Part shown: one piece after another, positions 1 through 11,368 of the stretch | Position numbering within the stretch: position 1 is the stretch's first letter | How the letters are laid out: each line of letters starts with the position of its first letter | Source of the DNA: Geosiphon pyriformis uo1 | Taxonomy: Eukaryota > Fungi > Glomeromycota | Length of the DNA stretch: 64,000 nucleotides | Assembly: GCA_016748015.1 (NCBI GenBank) | Contig: JAAOMT010000480.1 | Coordinates: forward strand, 1-64,000 | Reading direction: 5' to 3' | The notes under the pieces: generated by a model | The model's input: the letters and a program-made list of their open reading frames with translations, nothing else | Told to the model about the DNA's origin: nothing | Databases searched by the model: none | Made by a program: the position numbers and the translations under genes

Positions 1-1
1 C

Positions 2-199
2 GAAAATGTCCTACAAAACCCAATACTTCAACAAATGAAGATTCAGTATATTGGAAAACTCACAGAACTGAAATTTCAACAATTTTCAGACCAGATCACT
101 TCAATCAATTTTGACTACTATCTTAATACCACAGATAGTGCTTGGACTTTGACGGAGCTCAGTCTTGAGGAGGAGATTATGTTACCAGTAGAATTTTAG
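2..199 (+). pseudogene. 3' end of accessory ORF3 of a family C Gypsy element, running through the PPT into the LTR
   Basis: Translates ENVLQNPILQQMKIQYIGKLTELKFQQFSDQ...ELSLEEEIMLPVEF*, nearly identical to 2277-2485. The PPT GAGGAGGAG lies just before the LTR at 180. Confidence 0.8.
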
Positions 200-1720
200 C
201 TATTAATTAGCATGAAATTTCCTTTATAATTCCTATCATTAATTAGCATATATTATTATCGTTTCGAATTTCACTTATTATTTAATCAAATTAGCAATTA
301 TCATCATTTAATCAATAACCCGATTTGGACCATAGAAATTGAGATGATCAATTTACACAATACCCTGAACCATATAACATAGCCAAAATTCGCCGAAATT
401 AATGAAAATTGGCCGAAATAATTCATAGTTCAGCAAAATAACTTGTAGTTCGCCGAAATGTATCTTTAGTTCACCGAAATTCTAGAAAAGAGAAAAAGTG
501 CAAGTTCAAAGACTAGTACTACAACAAGTTGNNNNNNNNNNNNNNNNNNNNNNNNNNNNNNNNNNNNNNNNNNNNNNNNNNNNNNNNNNNNNNNNNNNNN
601 NNNNNNNNNNNNNNNNNNNNNNNNNNNNNNNNNNNNNNNNNNNNNNNNNNNNNNNNNNNNNNNNNNNNNNNNNNNNNNNNNNNNNNNNNNNNNNNNNNNN
701 NNNNNNNNNNNNNNNNNNNNNNNNNNNNNNNNNNNNNNNNNNNNNNNNNNNNNNNNNNNNNNNNNNNNNNNNNNNNNNNNNNNNNNNNNNNNNNNNNNNN
801 NNNNNNNNNNNNNNNNNNNNNNNNNNNNNNNNNNNNNNNNNNNNNNNNNNNNNNNNNNNNNNNNNNNNNNNNNNNNNNNNNNNNNNNNNNNNNNNNNNNN
901 NNNNNNNNNNNNNNNNNNNNNNNNNNNNNNNNNNNNNNNNNNNNNNNNNNNNNNNNNNNNNNNNNNNNNNNNNNNNNNNNNNNNNNNNNNNNNNNNNNNN
1001 NNNNNNNNNNNNNNNNNNNNNNNNNNNNNNNNNNNNNNNNNNNNNNNNNNNNNNNNNNNNNNNNNNNNNNNNNNNNNNNNNNNNNNNNNNNNNNNNNNNN
1101 NNNNNNNNNNNNNNNNNNNNNNNNNNNNNNNNNNNNNNNNNNNNNNNNNNNNNNNNNNNNNNNNNNNNNNNNNNNNNNNNNNNNNNNNNNNNNNNNNNNN
1201 NNNNNNNNNNNNNNNNNNNNNNNNNNNNNNNNNNNNNNNNNNNNNNNNNNNNNNNNNNNNNNNNNNNNNNNNNNNNNNNNNNNNNNNNNNNNNNNNNNNN
1301 NNNNNNNNNNNNNNNNNNNNNNNNNNNNNNNNNNNNNNNNNNNNNNNNNNNNNNNACAAAATTCTATTTCTTTACGTTTCTTTTTTTTTCTCTTTCTTTT
1401 CTTATCATAATCATTTGGGTAGCCTACAGACGAGATTCCTGTAGAAGAGTTGACTTTCACAGCAAAGTAACTACACATTTTTAGTGAGCTTCCAGACGAG
1501 CAATTCCTGGGAAAGAGTTGACATTTACTACAACGTAACTACATAAAGTAACTGGCACGGAATTGGCCATTTCACTTATAAGCCCAGTGGTTCAAATTAT
1601 AGGAGATAATTTGAAGATAAATTCAGTTATCAAAGGTTCAACTACTTCCTCTAGTCGTGAATAAACAGCAAAACAACATCAACAACCTTCAAGAAAAGAG
1701 ACCAAAAACCTTCGGTAACA
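180..1720 (+). repeat. Family C 3' LTR (spans assembly gap)
   Basis: Starts TGTTACCAG and ends CGGTAACA. Both sides of the gap align with LTRs 2454-3442 and 28904-29882. Confidence 0.8.
532..1355. other. Assembly gap (824 N)
   Basis: Run of N. Confidence 1.
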
Positions 1721-1765
1721 CCATACACCAAAAATAATTTTCTTTTATTTTCCAAATCTCTTATA

Positions 1766-2485
1766 ATGACTATTCCTCAAAACATTCAACAATTATTCCA
1801 AGAACTAATGTTAGCTTTAAAAACAATACTCAAATTATCTATTACTGTTACTAAAAACCACATTAATTATACCCAAACAGATGTAGTCACAAATGTAGCC
1901 CCAAATTCACAAAAATATCACCCATATAAGAAGAACACAAGAAGTTATTCTGAAATTCACCTGCCAGAACTTTTAAAGCTTGCTTTAAGAGAAAACTTAA
2001 TGCTCATTCTTATTAGTATTCCACCAAATGCTACTATTTAACAAAAACTTCAACTGTGTCTTAATGAAGAAAACTACGACTATACTCCAATATATAGATA
2101 TTTCTACATTGGAAAAACACTTCATGAATAAAAATGGGAGCTTACAGCAGCAAACCTTACAAAAGAAGCTATTTGGAAACAATTCCATAATGAATTCAAG
2201 ACAACAGCTGGATCTACAAACAGTCATTATAAACTAAGAGCTGCTCTTAGACTTTATGACCTATTCCACATCTGTGAAAACGTCCTACAAAACCCAATTT
2301 TACAATCTTTAAAGATTCAATACATTGGAAAGCTCACAGAACTGAAATTTCAACAATTTTCAGACCAAATTTCTTTAATAATTTTGGATTATTATCTGGA
2401 AATTACAGACAGTACTTGGACTTCGATGGAGCTCAGTCTTGAGGAGGAGGTTATGTTACCAGATGAAATTAGAGATATTATTTAA
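1766..2485 (+). pseudogene. Family C accessory ORF3 (~239 codons, two TAA stops consistent with CAA>TAA)
   Basis: One frame runs MTIPQNIQQLFQEL...YRYFYIGKTLHE*KWEL...RAALRLYDLFHIC...IGKLTELKFQQF...ELSLEEEVMLPDEIRDII*. A decayed homolog lies downstream of integrase at ~28218-28923. Confidence 0.8.
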
Positions 2486-3442
2486 CATGAAATTATTATT
2501 ATAATTTCCATCATTAATTAACATATATTATCATTTCAAATTATCACTTATTACATTAGCAAAATGTCCAAAATTATTATTTAATTAATAACCCAATTTG
2601 TATATGACACAAATGTAACCTAATTGCGATGATCAATCATGCAATACCCCAAACTATATAACATTCAAAAAATTCGCCAAAATTTGTAGAAATTCACCAA
2701 AATAATTGATAGTTCACCAAAATATCTAATAGTTTGCAGAAATAACTTGTAGTTCGCCAAAATGTATCTTTAGTTCAGTGAAATTATAGAAAATAGCAAA
2801 GTTCAAGTTCATAAAATAGTGTTACAACAAGTTGTATAAAAGAAGAGCTTCTTTCTTTAAGAAAATGTATCTTACTTCAGATTTAAAAACAATTAGAATA
2901 ATCCTCTACACCCAAAAGACAAATAAATATCAAATAATTCAAAAAGCCAAATTCTTAATTATTTCCCTTGAAATTAACCAATTCTTACTAACAGTTTGAA
3001 ATTGATTAGCTACCAATTTCAGTAGACTGTTAAAACACTTCCAGGCCTGGATCCGAAATGACTTCCATAAATCATCAGTTTTACTTTTTCTTTTACATTT
3101 CTTTTATTCTCTTTTTTTTCTTATTATAAATCATTTGGATAGTCTACAGATGAGAATTCCTGTAGAAGAGTTGACTTTCACAGCAAAGTAACTATATATT
3201 TTTTAGTGAGCTTCCAGACGAGCAATTCCTGGGAAAGAGTTGACGTTTACTGCAAAGTAACTATACAAAGTAACTGGCATGGAATTGGCCATTCCACTTA
3301 TAAGCCCAGCAGTTCAAATTATAGAAGATAATTTGAAGATAAATTCAGTTACTGGAGGTTCAACCACATCCAAAAAACGTGAATCCACAGCAAACAGACA
3401 TCAACAACAATTAAGAAAAGAGACCAAAAACCTCCAGTAACA
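2454..3442 (+). repeat. Family C 3' LTR (~990 bp)
   Basis: PPT GAGGAGGAGG at 2441-2450, termini TGTTA...TAACA, internal TTCGCCGAAAT-like repeats. Followed directly by family A gag sequence. Confidence 0.9.
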
Positions 3443-4357
3443 CTGTATAGGTTTCAGCTAAATGCTCATTTAGGAACCAGTTTTAAAAGTCTTAGAATTG
3501 TCTGCTGAATTGTTTTTCAATAGGAAAGCAAATCAAACAGGAGGGCAAAGAATTGAGTTCAATAAAGTCTAAATCATTTTTGTTATATGCTTCAAAGTGT
3601 TTTTCTGATTGTTATGGCAGGTATAAATAATCACTCATACAATAGGAAACAAAGTGGATTTTGATAATCTTACAAAGAGCACTACTTTTATGTTATGGGT
3701 TGGAGTAACAAGCTAATGAATAACAAGAGATAACAAGATTATAGGATGATAAAAAGAATCAAAGGGATTTTAATTTCAAAGAGCAAATTGAATAAATATG
3801 GATTTAATGTGCAAGATTAGTCTCATAAAATATTTCAGTCATTATACTTTTTAAGGATAACCAGAGAATCTGAAAGTAAAGAGATAGTCTGTACTGTCAA
3901 CAAATAATCATACACTGGTATAATTTTATGTCTTATGTCAGCATTCTTAAATTTAATATTAGGTATCAGATATACTCTTCAGTTATATTTTATTCAATAA
4001 TCTTTAAATGCTGCAATTACATGTTTCAGGAAAAGAGTAGGCAAATAACCAACAAGTAATCTTTTATCCCAAGATGTTTGGATACTTAAAGATAAGGAAA
4101 AAAAATTTAGCAATAAGAGAATAATTGAGATAAAAGTTGTTATTTTAATTATTTGATTTTTTTAATTTCTACATGTTTTTCTACAGCTAAGAGATTTATC
4201 ACTTATATAGTTATTAAAAGTGGTTAATTATTAGGTCAACAACTAGGTCAATGATTAGGTCAATGATTACTTTCTAAAAATAGAGTGGCTAATTTATATG
4301 ACATCAGTGGCTAATATATGTAATAATTAATAAGAAGTATAAGTTTCAACCATAACA
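3443..4357 (-). mobile_element. Family A Gypsy 5' remnant: 5' LTR (3691-4357), degenerate PBS and gag N-terminus
   Basis: Reverse complement matches A1 39032-39945. It is interrupted by the family C LTR ending at 3442. Confidence 0.85.
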
Positions 4358-4731
4358 ACACATTTCAGGAAAAGAGTAAGAAATAACCAACAAGTAATTT
4401 TTAATCTCAAGATGTTCAGATACTCGAAGATAGAAAAAGAGAAATTAGCAATAAGAGAATAATTAAGATAAAACTTGTTATTTTATTTATTTGATTTCCT
4501 TAATTTTTATATGCTTTTCTACAGTTAAGAGATTTATCACTTATATAGCTATCAAAAGTGGTCAATAATCAAATCAATGACTAGGTCAATGATTAGATCA
4601 ATGATCAAGTCAATAGTCAGATTATTAATCAGGTTAATAATTACTTTTTAAAAATAGAGTGGCTAATTTATATGACATTAGTGGCTAATACATGTAATAA
4701 TTAATAAGAAGTATAAGTTTCAATCATAACA
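4358..4731 (-). repeat. Partial family A LTR (U3-side half), apparently the target of the adjacent A insertion
   Basis: Repeats 4018-4357 and ends TAACA at 4731. Confidence 0.8.
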
Positions 4732-4981
4732 ATGTGTTGTCTTTACTACTTGTGTTAACACTTTCAAATGGTCTGTTAACAGTTTTAAATCTGAATGTAG
4801 GTGTAGTAGATCTTGTAGTTTCTATTGTTGTTGAAATTTGTAAAATTGTGTTATTTTTTTTCTCTTTTTTTATAATGAAGGTTTTGTTTCTTTCTACTTG
4901 GTCTTTACAGTCAGTAGTTTCTACACTTGTACTTCTTTGTATGACTGGTGTCACTTTATTGTTGATGTTGTTATCAGACAT
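4732..4981 (-). other. Unassigned ORF start (MSDNNINNKVTPVIQRSTS...), cut by the LTR at 4731
   Basis: ATG in AAAATG context. No similarity to the TE families in this window. Confidence 0.25.
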
Positions 4982-5169
4982 TTTTAAGTCTGTTGTAATA
5001 ATAATAAATTATTATGATTAAATATTTCTTTGCAAAAACTTATTTTCCAAATTTGAGGCATAGTAAATTGTGTAGTAGCAGTTAAAGAGAAAAAATCAGT
5101 TTTTTTGTTAGCTGAACCAATTAGTTTAATATCCAGAAAAGAAATAAAAGAAGTACAGAAGTTTTTTTC

Positions 5170-7925
5170 CTTGTATAAATCCAAGATTTTTCATTCAGTT
5201 TATCTCTTTCTTGATAAACTTATCATTGTGTCAATTAAATTGATAAGGTTTTAGATAGATAGAGCAAGTTTCTTTAATGATGATGGTGTGTTGTATCATA
5301 TGAGTTTGTCCAGAGATATTATTTTCTTTTGAGATAATTGGGCTATTTCTAGCCAACAAATTTTCAATGTCTACTTTTTTTTCTTCAGAAAAAAGTTTTC
5401 TTTGTTCTATTACAAGTGATTAGATCTTAAGTAGTTTATTCTCAAAGAACTTCTGTTCTTCTTTTATTTTTTTTCTGGGTATCAAACTAATTGGTTCTCA
5501 ATTTTTGTAATAGATCAGACAGAATTTGCATTCATTACTAAAAGAATACAAAGGTTTATTGCACCAGCACCAGGCACAAGAATTATTTTACCAATATCTG
5601 TATTTGGTTTTCTTGCCAGGCTTTTTGTTAAAAATTTTTCTGAGGATATCATAGTAGGACCAGCAGATTATTTTGTTATTTACAATAATTCTTTCTTTGT
5701 TAGCTTTAATATTGTCTAATGACTTGTCATTGCTGATAAAAGTGGTATAAATAAGTTCAACAGTTTTTTCTTGTTTTTTTTCTTCATCACTCTTTTTATT
5801 ACTCTTTTCATTATCTAATTTATCTAATTGTTTTTTTTTTGGTTCTGCTTGGATACTGAGGGAGTTGTCTAATGACAACACTTAATCACAATGGGCTTCT
5901 TATCACATCTGATGGTCAGTTCACATAGCTTATAGTTAAATAAAACTTTGGCTTTCTTTAACTACTCATTATCAACAATTATGGTATATGTTTTGGCTTT
6001 AAATACTTCCATGTCAGTTTTAATGCTGATGCCATTGATGCAAACAGAAATAGCTTTGGCAATACCAAGCTCTTTCTTTTTGTTATCATGCACATTGGTC
6101 ATAGATTTGATTAAGAGTTTATCAATCTTTTTACTAATGGCTTTTAGCAATAACACTCATGAAAAATTCACTGTTTAGGATCAGATCAATAAAGTAACCA
6201 GCCATTTGGGCTTTGCAAATCAGAGGGATAACATTGTTGTTGTCAGTAAGTTTAGCTTGTTAAAGACGTTTATTGGTTTTTGGTGTCTTTTTCTTTGGGA
6301 TTAAAGATTTACAAAGATTTTTTCTAAACTGTAGATGAGTCATTAACTGGCCAAAGATAATGTGAGCTGAAGTTTTCATGAGATCTTTAATAACAGAATA
6401 GAAACCAGATTTTTGTACAATTTTGGAAGTTCCAGCTTTGAAGAATTCTTAAAAACCTTAGTCTTTAGTGGCTTATTGTTATCAACAGTTAATGTTAAAA
6501 CTTTATTGAATTCTAGGGCAAAATCAATCTTGGCTTTTTTTTTTTTCTTGTTAAGTTTGAGAAGTTAATTGCTAATTCATTTATATCATCATTATTATTA
6601 GTTAAGTTAAAAGCATAAAAAGAGTTTTCTTCTGATTGGCTTGCACTTTCACTCTTTGAAGGTGTACCTACCAGTTTAAAGGCTGATAAAAAATAGCTTC
6701 AACTAAGAGATCCTCTCCAAAAAAATTGATATTGGCATGATTGGATCTTTGATTGGAGATATTGTTGTTGTTGAGTTTGTTGTTCTGATTATTATTATTT
6801 CTAAGAACTGGAGAAGGCAAAAAGAGATTGTTGTAATCTCTTGAAAAGTGTTTAATTAATCTACAACAGTAGTATACAGATGAACTGTGATTTTGCTGTC
6901 TTTGATAAGGAGGCTGCTAGGAATGATTAAAACATAATTCAAATTTGGGTCTTTGGAATTGCTGATTGTCTCTGACTGCTTGTGCCAAAGGTTTTAATAG
7001 GTGGACAAGATTAGCTATAAGTCTGTTTATTAATGGTTTATTGAAGTCTTGAGTATAAGCAGCAAAAGAAATAGTAGTCATTTGTGGAGCAAGAGTTATA
7101 ACAAAAGTAGGAGTAAAAACTGGAAGTGTGAATTCCAAATGCATTTATTGATTGTTTTCAATTCTTTGGGCGAGTTTAATGGCCATATCTATTGTAAAAT
7201 TATTTTTCAGGGCCAAAAGAGACCAAAGAGCATAAGATAAGTCAGTTCTCAATCTTTTTGTAAAGAAGTAAATCTTTTGCTCTTCTGTCTAATTTTTTCT
7301 AGAATCTACTCATTTAATTAACTTTCTTATTGCTTTGGCATATTTGGTTACAATTTCACTGAAACCTTGAGTTCTTTTTTCCAATTTCATATACTATTTT
7401 GAGATTAAGATGGGAGTTCTGAATTTGTTTTCAAACCAAGTAATAAAAGAAGTGTTGTTTTTTCTAATATTTACTGGTGCCCATCTTATGATTCTTTGCT
7501 GAGCATTGGCATTGGTTTTTTGTAAAAACCAGGTAGCAGAAGAGCCTTGGAGATAGCCACCAATAATTTGGAACTTGTATTTTTCATCATACTAATTTGC
7601 AGTAACTGCTTTTTTAAAATTGTCCAATCATTCTATTAGATCTTGGGTATTACCTTTAAATAGTGGTAATAAGATGTTATTTTTTCGTCCTAAAGCAGTT
7701 TGTATGTCTTAAATAATAGCCAAAATGTTTTGTTGTATGGAATTATTGGTTATTGGTTTAGAAATAGCTGTTTGTGTAGAATGTTTTGATTTGCTTAAGA
7801 AGAGATCAAAAACAAGAGCAGTTTGATAACTTTCTTCTTCTGTTTTAAAGAAGGTTTTAGCTAACTAGTGGACAGCAATCCAAATGTAAATTTGGTAATT
7901 TAGATATTCGAAATCAGGAGGCTGT
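5170..7925 (-). mobile_element. Family A gag-protease-RT(N-term) fragment without LTRs
   Basis: Colinear with A1 ~40050-42815, including the CCHC knuckle region, the TTTAAAC frameshift site, protease and the Cys motif CAWCWC...ECKFC. Confidence 0.85.
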
Positions 7926-10008
7926 GTTCTGTTATCAAAAACTCTTTTTTTCCTAATTTTTATGATCATAACTAGAGCTAAGAGTAAAAAAGTTGTAAAC
8001 ATTACTTTTCTTATAGTGACTAATAAAGTTTCAACATAAGAGAGTTTCTCTGTTATTAAAGCAACTAGACAAAATGTTTTGGCTATATTTCCTTTAAAAA
8101 ATATTAGTGAAAAGCTGTCTTTAGCAGTTTCTGGTTCATTTTCTTTACTTTTAACTGGTAATTCTTCTCCAGTCAAAGTTTTTTCCAAAAAACACTCAGA
8201 TTAGTTTAAGAGCCCAAAGATTTTTAATAATAGACCAGTTAACAAGTTGGTCTTTTCTGCTCTTATCACTTCTATAACTATTATTATTAGTTTTCACAAA
8301 TGGTCATAAAAGCCAAAAATTCTAAAAAACAGCAGCTGGCACTTGCAACTGCTATGGTTACACCAAACTCTTTTGTGGTTCCAGATGAGATCTTGGATAA
8401 GATCTTTACAGCAGCCAGTTTTTTTCTTGATATGAATGGCAACAACAGTGACACATCTCTTAAAATAGGCCAAGATTAACCACTGACTGTGTTGTTTGAT
8501 GTAATACTCTTTAGCAGATTATTACCAATTCCAAAAGCAAAACAGTCTATCATTTCAGATGATTTTAAAGATTGGATTAATCAGATGAAAATGAAATTAA
8601 CTACTCTTTCTCCAGTTTCTGGTACTGCTAATGGTAGTGCTTGAAAGAATATGAATAATCATCAAAGGTTTTCAAGAAAATCTAAATGGTACTATTAAAG
8701 TAGTTATTGGTGATGAAGTTTTTCTAACCACTCTTAAGATTGCATGGTCTTCTGGTGTGATCTCTATTTTTTCTCTTTCTTTGTTAGTTGTATTTCATAA
8801 TGTATCTTTAAGTACTTTTTCTAATGACATCAAAATCTTTTTTGGCATTTTTGGTGTTGTTACTTTAGTTAAGTTAAAGCCTGCTGGCTTGTGGCAATAT
8901 GCTGTGGTTTAATTTAAAGACTCTTTTTTTGCTGCTGCTGTTCTTACTCACTGGTTAGTGCTGGTTAGAAAAAACTGTGTTAGAATTTTACTTTTAGTCA
9001 ACCAAAAAAAGATTATTATCTCAAGAGATGTTTTTAAAGCTAAGTTGGTCAATTTTTTTTTGGCTGTATTGTCTTTAAGATTAGTGATTTGGTCTTTTAA
9101 GTTGGTGGTCATATTTGTTTTATTTTCTGTTTTCCTAAGTCATACTAACATGAACATTTTGCTGTAATTACTTTTGATTTTTTAGAATTTTTGAACATTG
9201 CTGTATCAAAAACTGGTACTTTATGTGGCTGCTACATCTGGTGAAAAACTTCTAAATATTGCTACTGCTACAGATATCAAGATTTAGATTATTTGGCTGT
9301 GGATTACAAGGTGTTACCACCTTTTTTTTTCAAATTTCCTTCTAATTCTGCTGGTGGTTTCAAAGTTTTCAAGTCATCTCTTGTTGGAATTAAATCTTAT
9401 GCCAAAGCTGCTGTTTTTGTGGTTTCTTCTGTTGCTGCTGTTGTTAATGTAAATTTGGCTTTTGGTGCCATTTCTAAAGCCTTAATACTTCTGTTGTCTG
9501 TTGTCTTTTCTGGTTCAAATACTATTGTTAATGCTAAGTTGGCTTCTCTGAAAACACATCTTAATGAACTGTCTTTATTGATAAAATCTATAGTTGAGCC
9601 TGTGGGCTCTCTAGTAGTACTGGTTATTAAATTACTGTTTATTCTGTCTGTGGCTTCTTTGCTGCAAAAAAAAATAGTGGACTTTAAGAAGAGAAGTAAG
9701 AAAGTTTGCTTTATTGATGTATCTAAAGATAAAAATATAAATAATAATAATAACAATAATGATGATTTTAAAGATTTTCAGTCTATAATAACATATTTGA
9801 TGCAATAATAGAATTATGAAAGGGTCAATCTTCTAGTATCAAATCTAATCCTGATCAGACTACTAAGTGAATAAATAGTCTTATTAAGAATAGTCATAAG
9901 CTTGTTTGCATTATGAGTAAGATATATAAATTAGACCTGTTTAATACATTAAGTAGTATAAGTAATACTAGTATATAATTAGAGCTTTCTACTTGTGGTT
10001 AGCCATAT
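7926..10008 (+). mobile_element. LINE (non-LTR retrotransposon) 5' part with decayed ORF1 (~7962-9978)
   Basis: Long decayed frame with a Ser/Pro-rich N-terminus, RRM-like segments, a CCHC-knuckle relic near 9255-9310 and a coiled-coil (LASLKTHLNELSLLIKS). Same layout as the ORF1 at 29883-31264, which is linked to an APE endonuclease. Confidence 0.65.
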
Positions 10009-11368
10009 TGTTATAATTAAAACCCATACTTTTTATTAATTATTACATGTATTAGCCACTGATGTCATATAATTAGCCACCCTATTTTTAAATAGTAATT
10101 ATTGATCTAATCAATAAGCTGACTATTGACCTAATCATTAACCTGATTATTGACCATTTTTAATAGCTATATAAGCAATGAGTTTCTTAGCTGTAGAAAG
10201 ACATGATCAAAGTAATGAAATAAAACCTACTATTAATTACTTTCTCTTATATTGCTTATTCTTTTTTCTCTACTTTCAAGTATTTGAACATCTTAGAATA
10301 AAAGATTACTTGTTGACATTCACATATCTTATCTTTTTTTTTTCTTGATTTGTATTATTAGAATTAGTCTGAGAAGTGATTGCTTGCTTCTGTGATTCAT
10401 TGAATAAAAAAACAATTGAAAAACACAATAATATCTATTATTGATTCTAAAAATCACTAAGTTGAGACATAGAATAATAGCAGTAGTATTATTTTGTTAA
10501 CAATCATGAACTATTTTTCTATCTTCAGATTTCCAGAAAAAATTTGCAACTGTGATTTTTATAAGACTGATCATGTACATTGAATCCTTATTTATTTAAT
10601 TCGCTTTCTTATTGTAATTTTCTCTTTGATTATTTCCATCACTCTACAATCCTGTTTTTCCTTGCTTGTTACTCCAATCTGTAACATAAAAGTAGTACTT
10701 TCTGTAAGATTGTCAAAATTTACTTTGTTTTCTATTGTATGGGTGATTATTTATATCTGCCATAACAATCAGAAGAACACTTTGAAGCACACAACAAAAA
10801 TGATCTAGACTTTATTGAACTTAATCTTTTGCCCTCCTGTTTGATTTGCTTCTCTATTGAAAAACAATCCAGTAGACAATTCTAAGACTTTTAGAACTGG
10901 TGCTTGAATGAGTATTCAGCTAAAACTTATACAGCTTATACAACTTATTACTTTAACCAAGCTTATTTTGAAGACAACTTTGAAAAAAGAAACAACAGTA
11001 TCAATCAGCTTTTATATTCCACAACTTTTGAACAACAGATCTCTGATTCTAAATACCTAAATTACCAAATTCACATTTGAATTGCTGCCCATTAGTTAGT
11101 TAAAACACTTTTTAAAACAGAAGAAGAAAGCTATCAAACTGCTCTTGTTTTTAATCTCTTTTTAAGTGAATCAAAACATTTTACACAAACAGCTACTTCT
11201 AAACCAATGGCTAATAATCCTATACAACAAAACATTCTGGCCACCCTTCAAGACATACAAACTGCTTTAGGGTGAAGAAACAATATCCCATTACTTTTAT
11301 TCAAAGGTGATACACAAAACCCAATTGAATGGTTAGATGATTTTGAAAGAGCAGTCATTGACAATCAA
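10009..11368 (+). mobile_element. Family A 5' fragment: LTR 10009-10686, degenerate PBS, gag from 10739, truncated
   Basis: TGTTA...TAACA termini. Gag is colinear with A1 and switches abruptly to minus-strand pol at ~11369. Confidence 0.85.

Noticed and set aside
466-1484. Four ~300-aa ORFs of X residues
   Set aside because: Artifacts of translating the N gap.
7865-8188. 107-aa minus-strand ORF
   Set aside because: Chimeric reading across the junction of LINE antisense and gag sequence.
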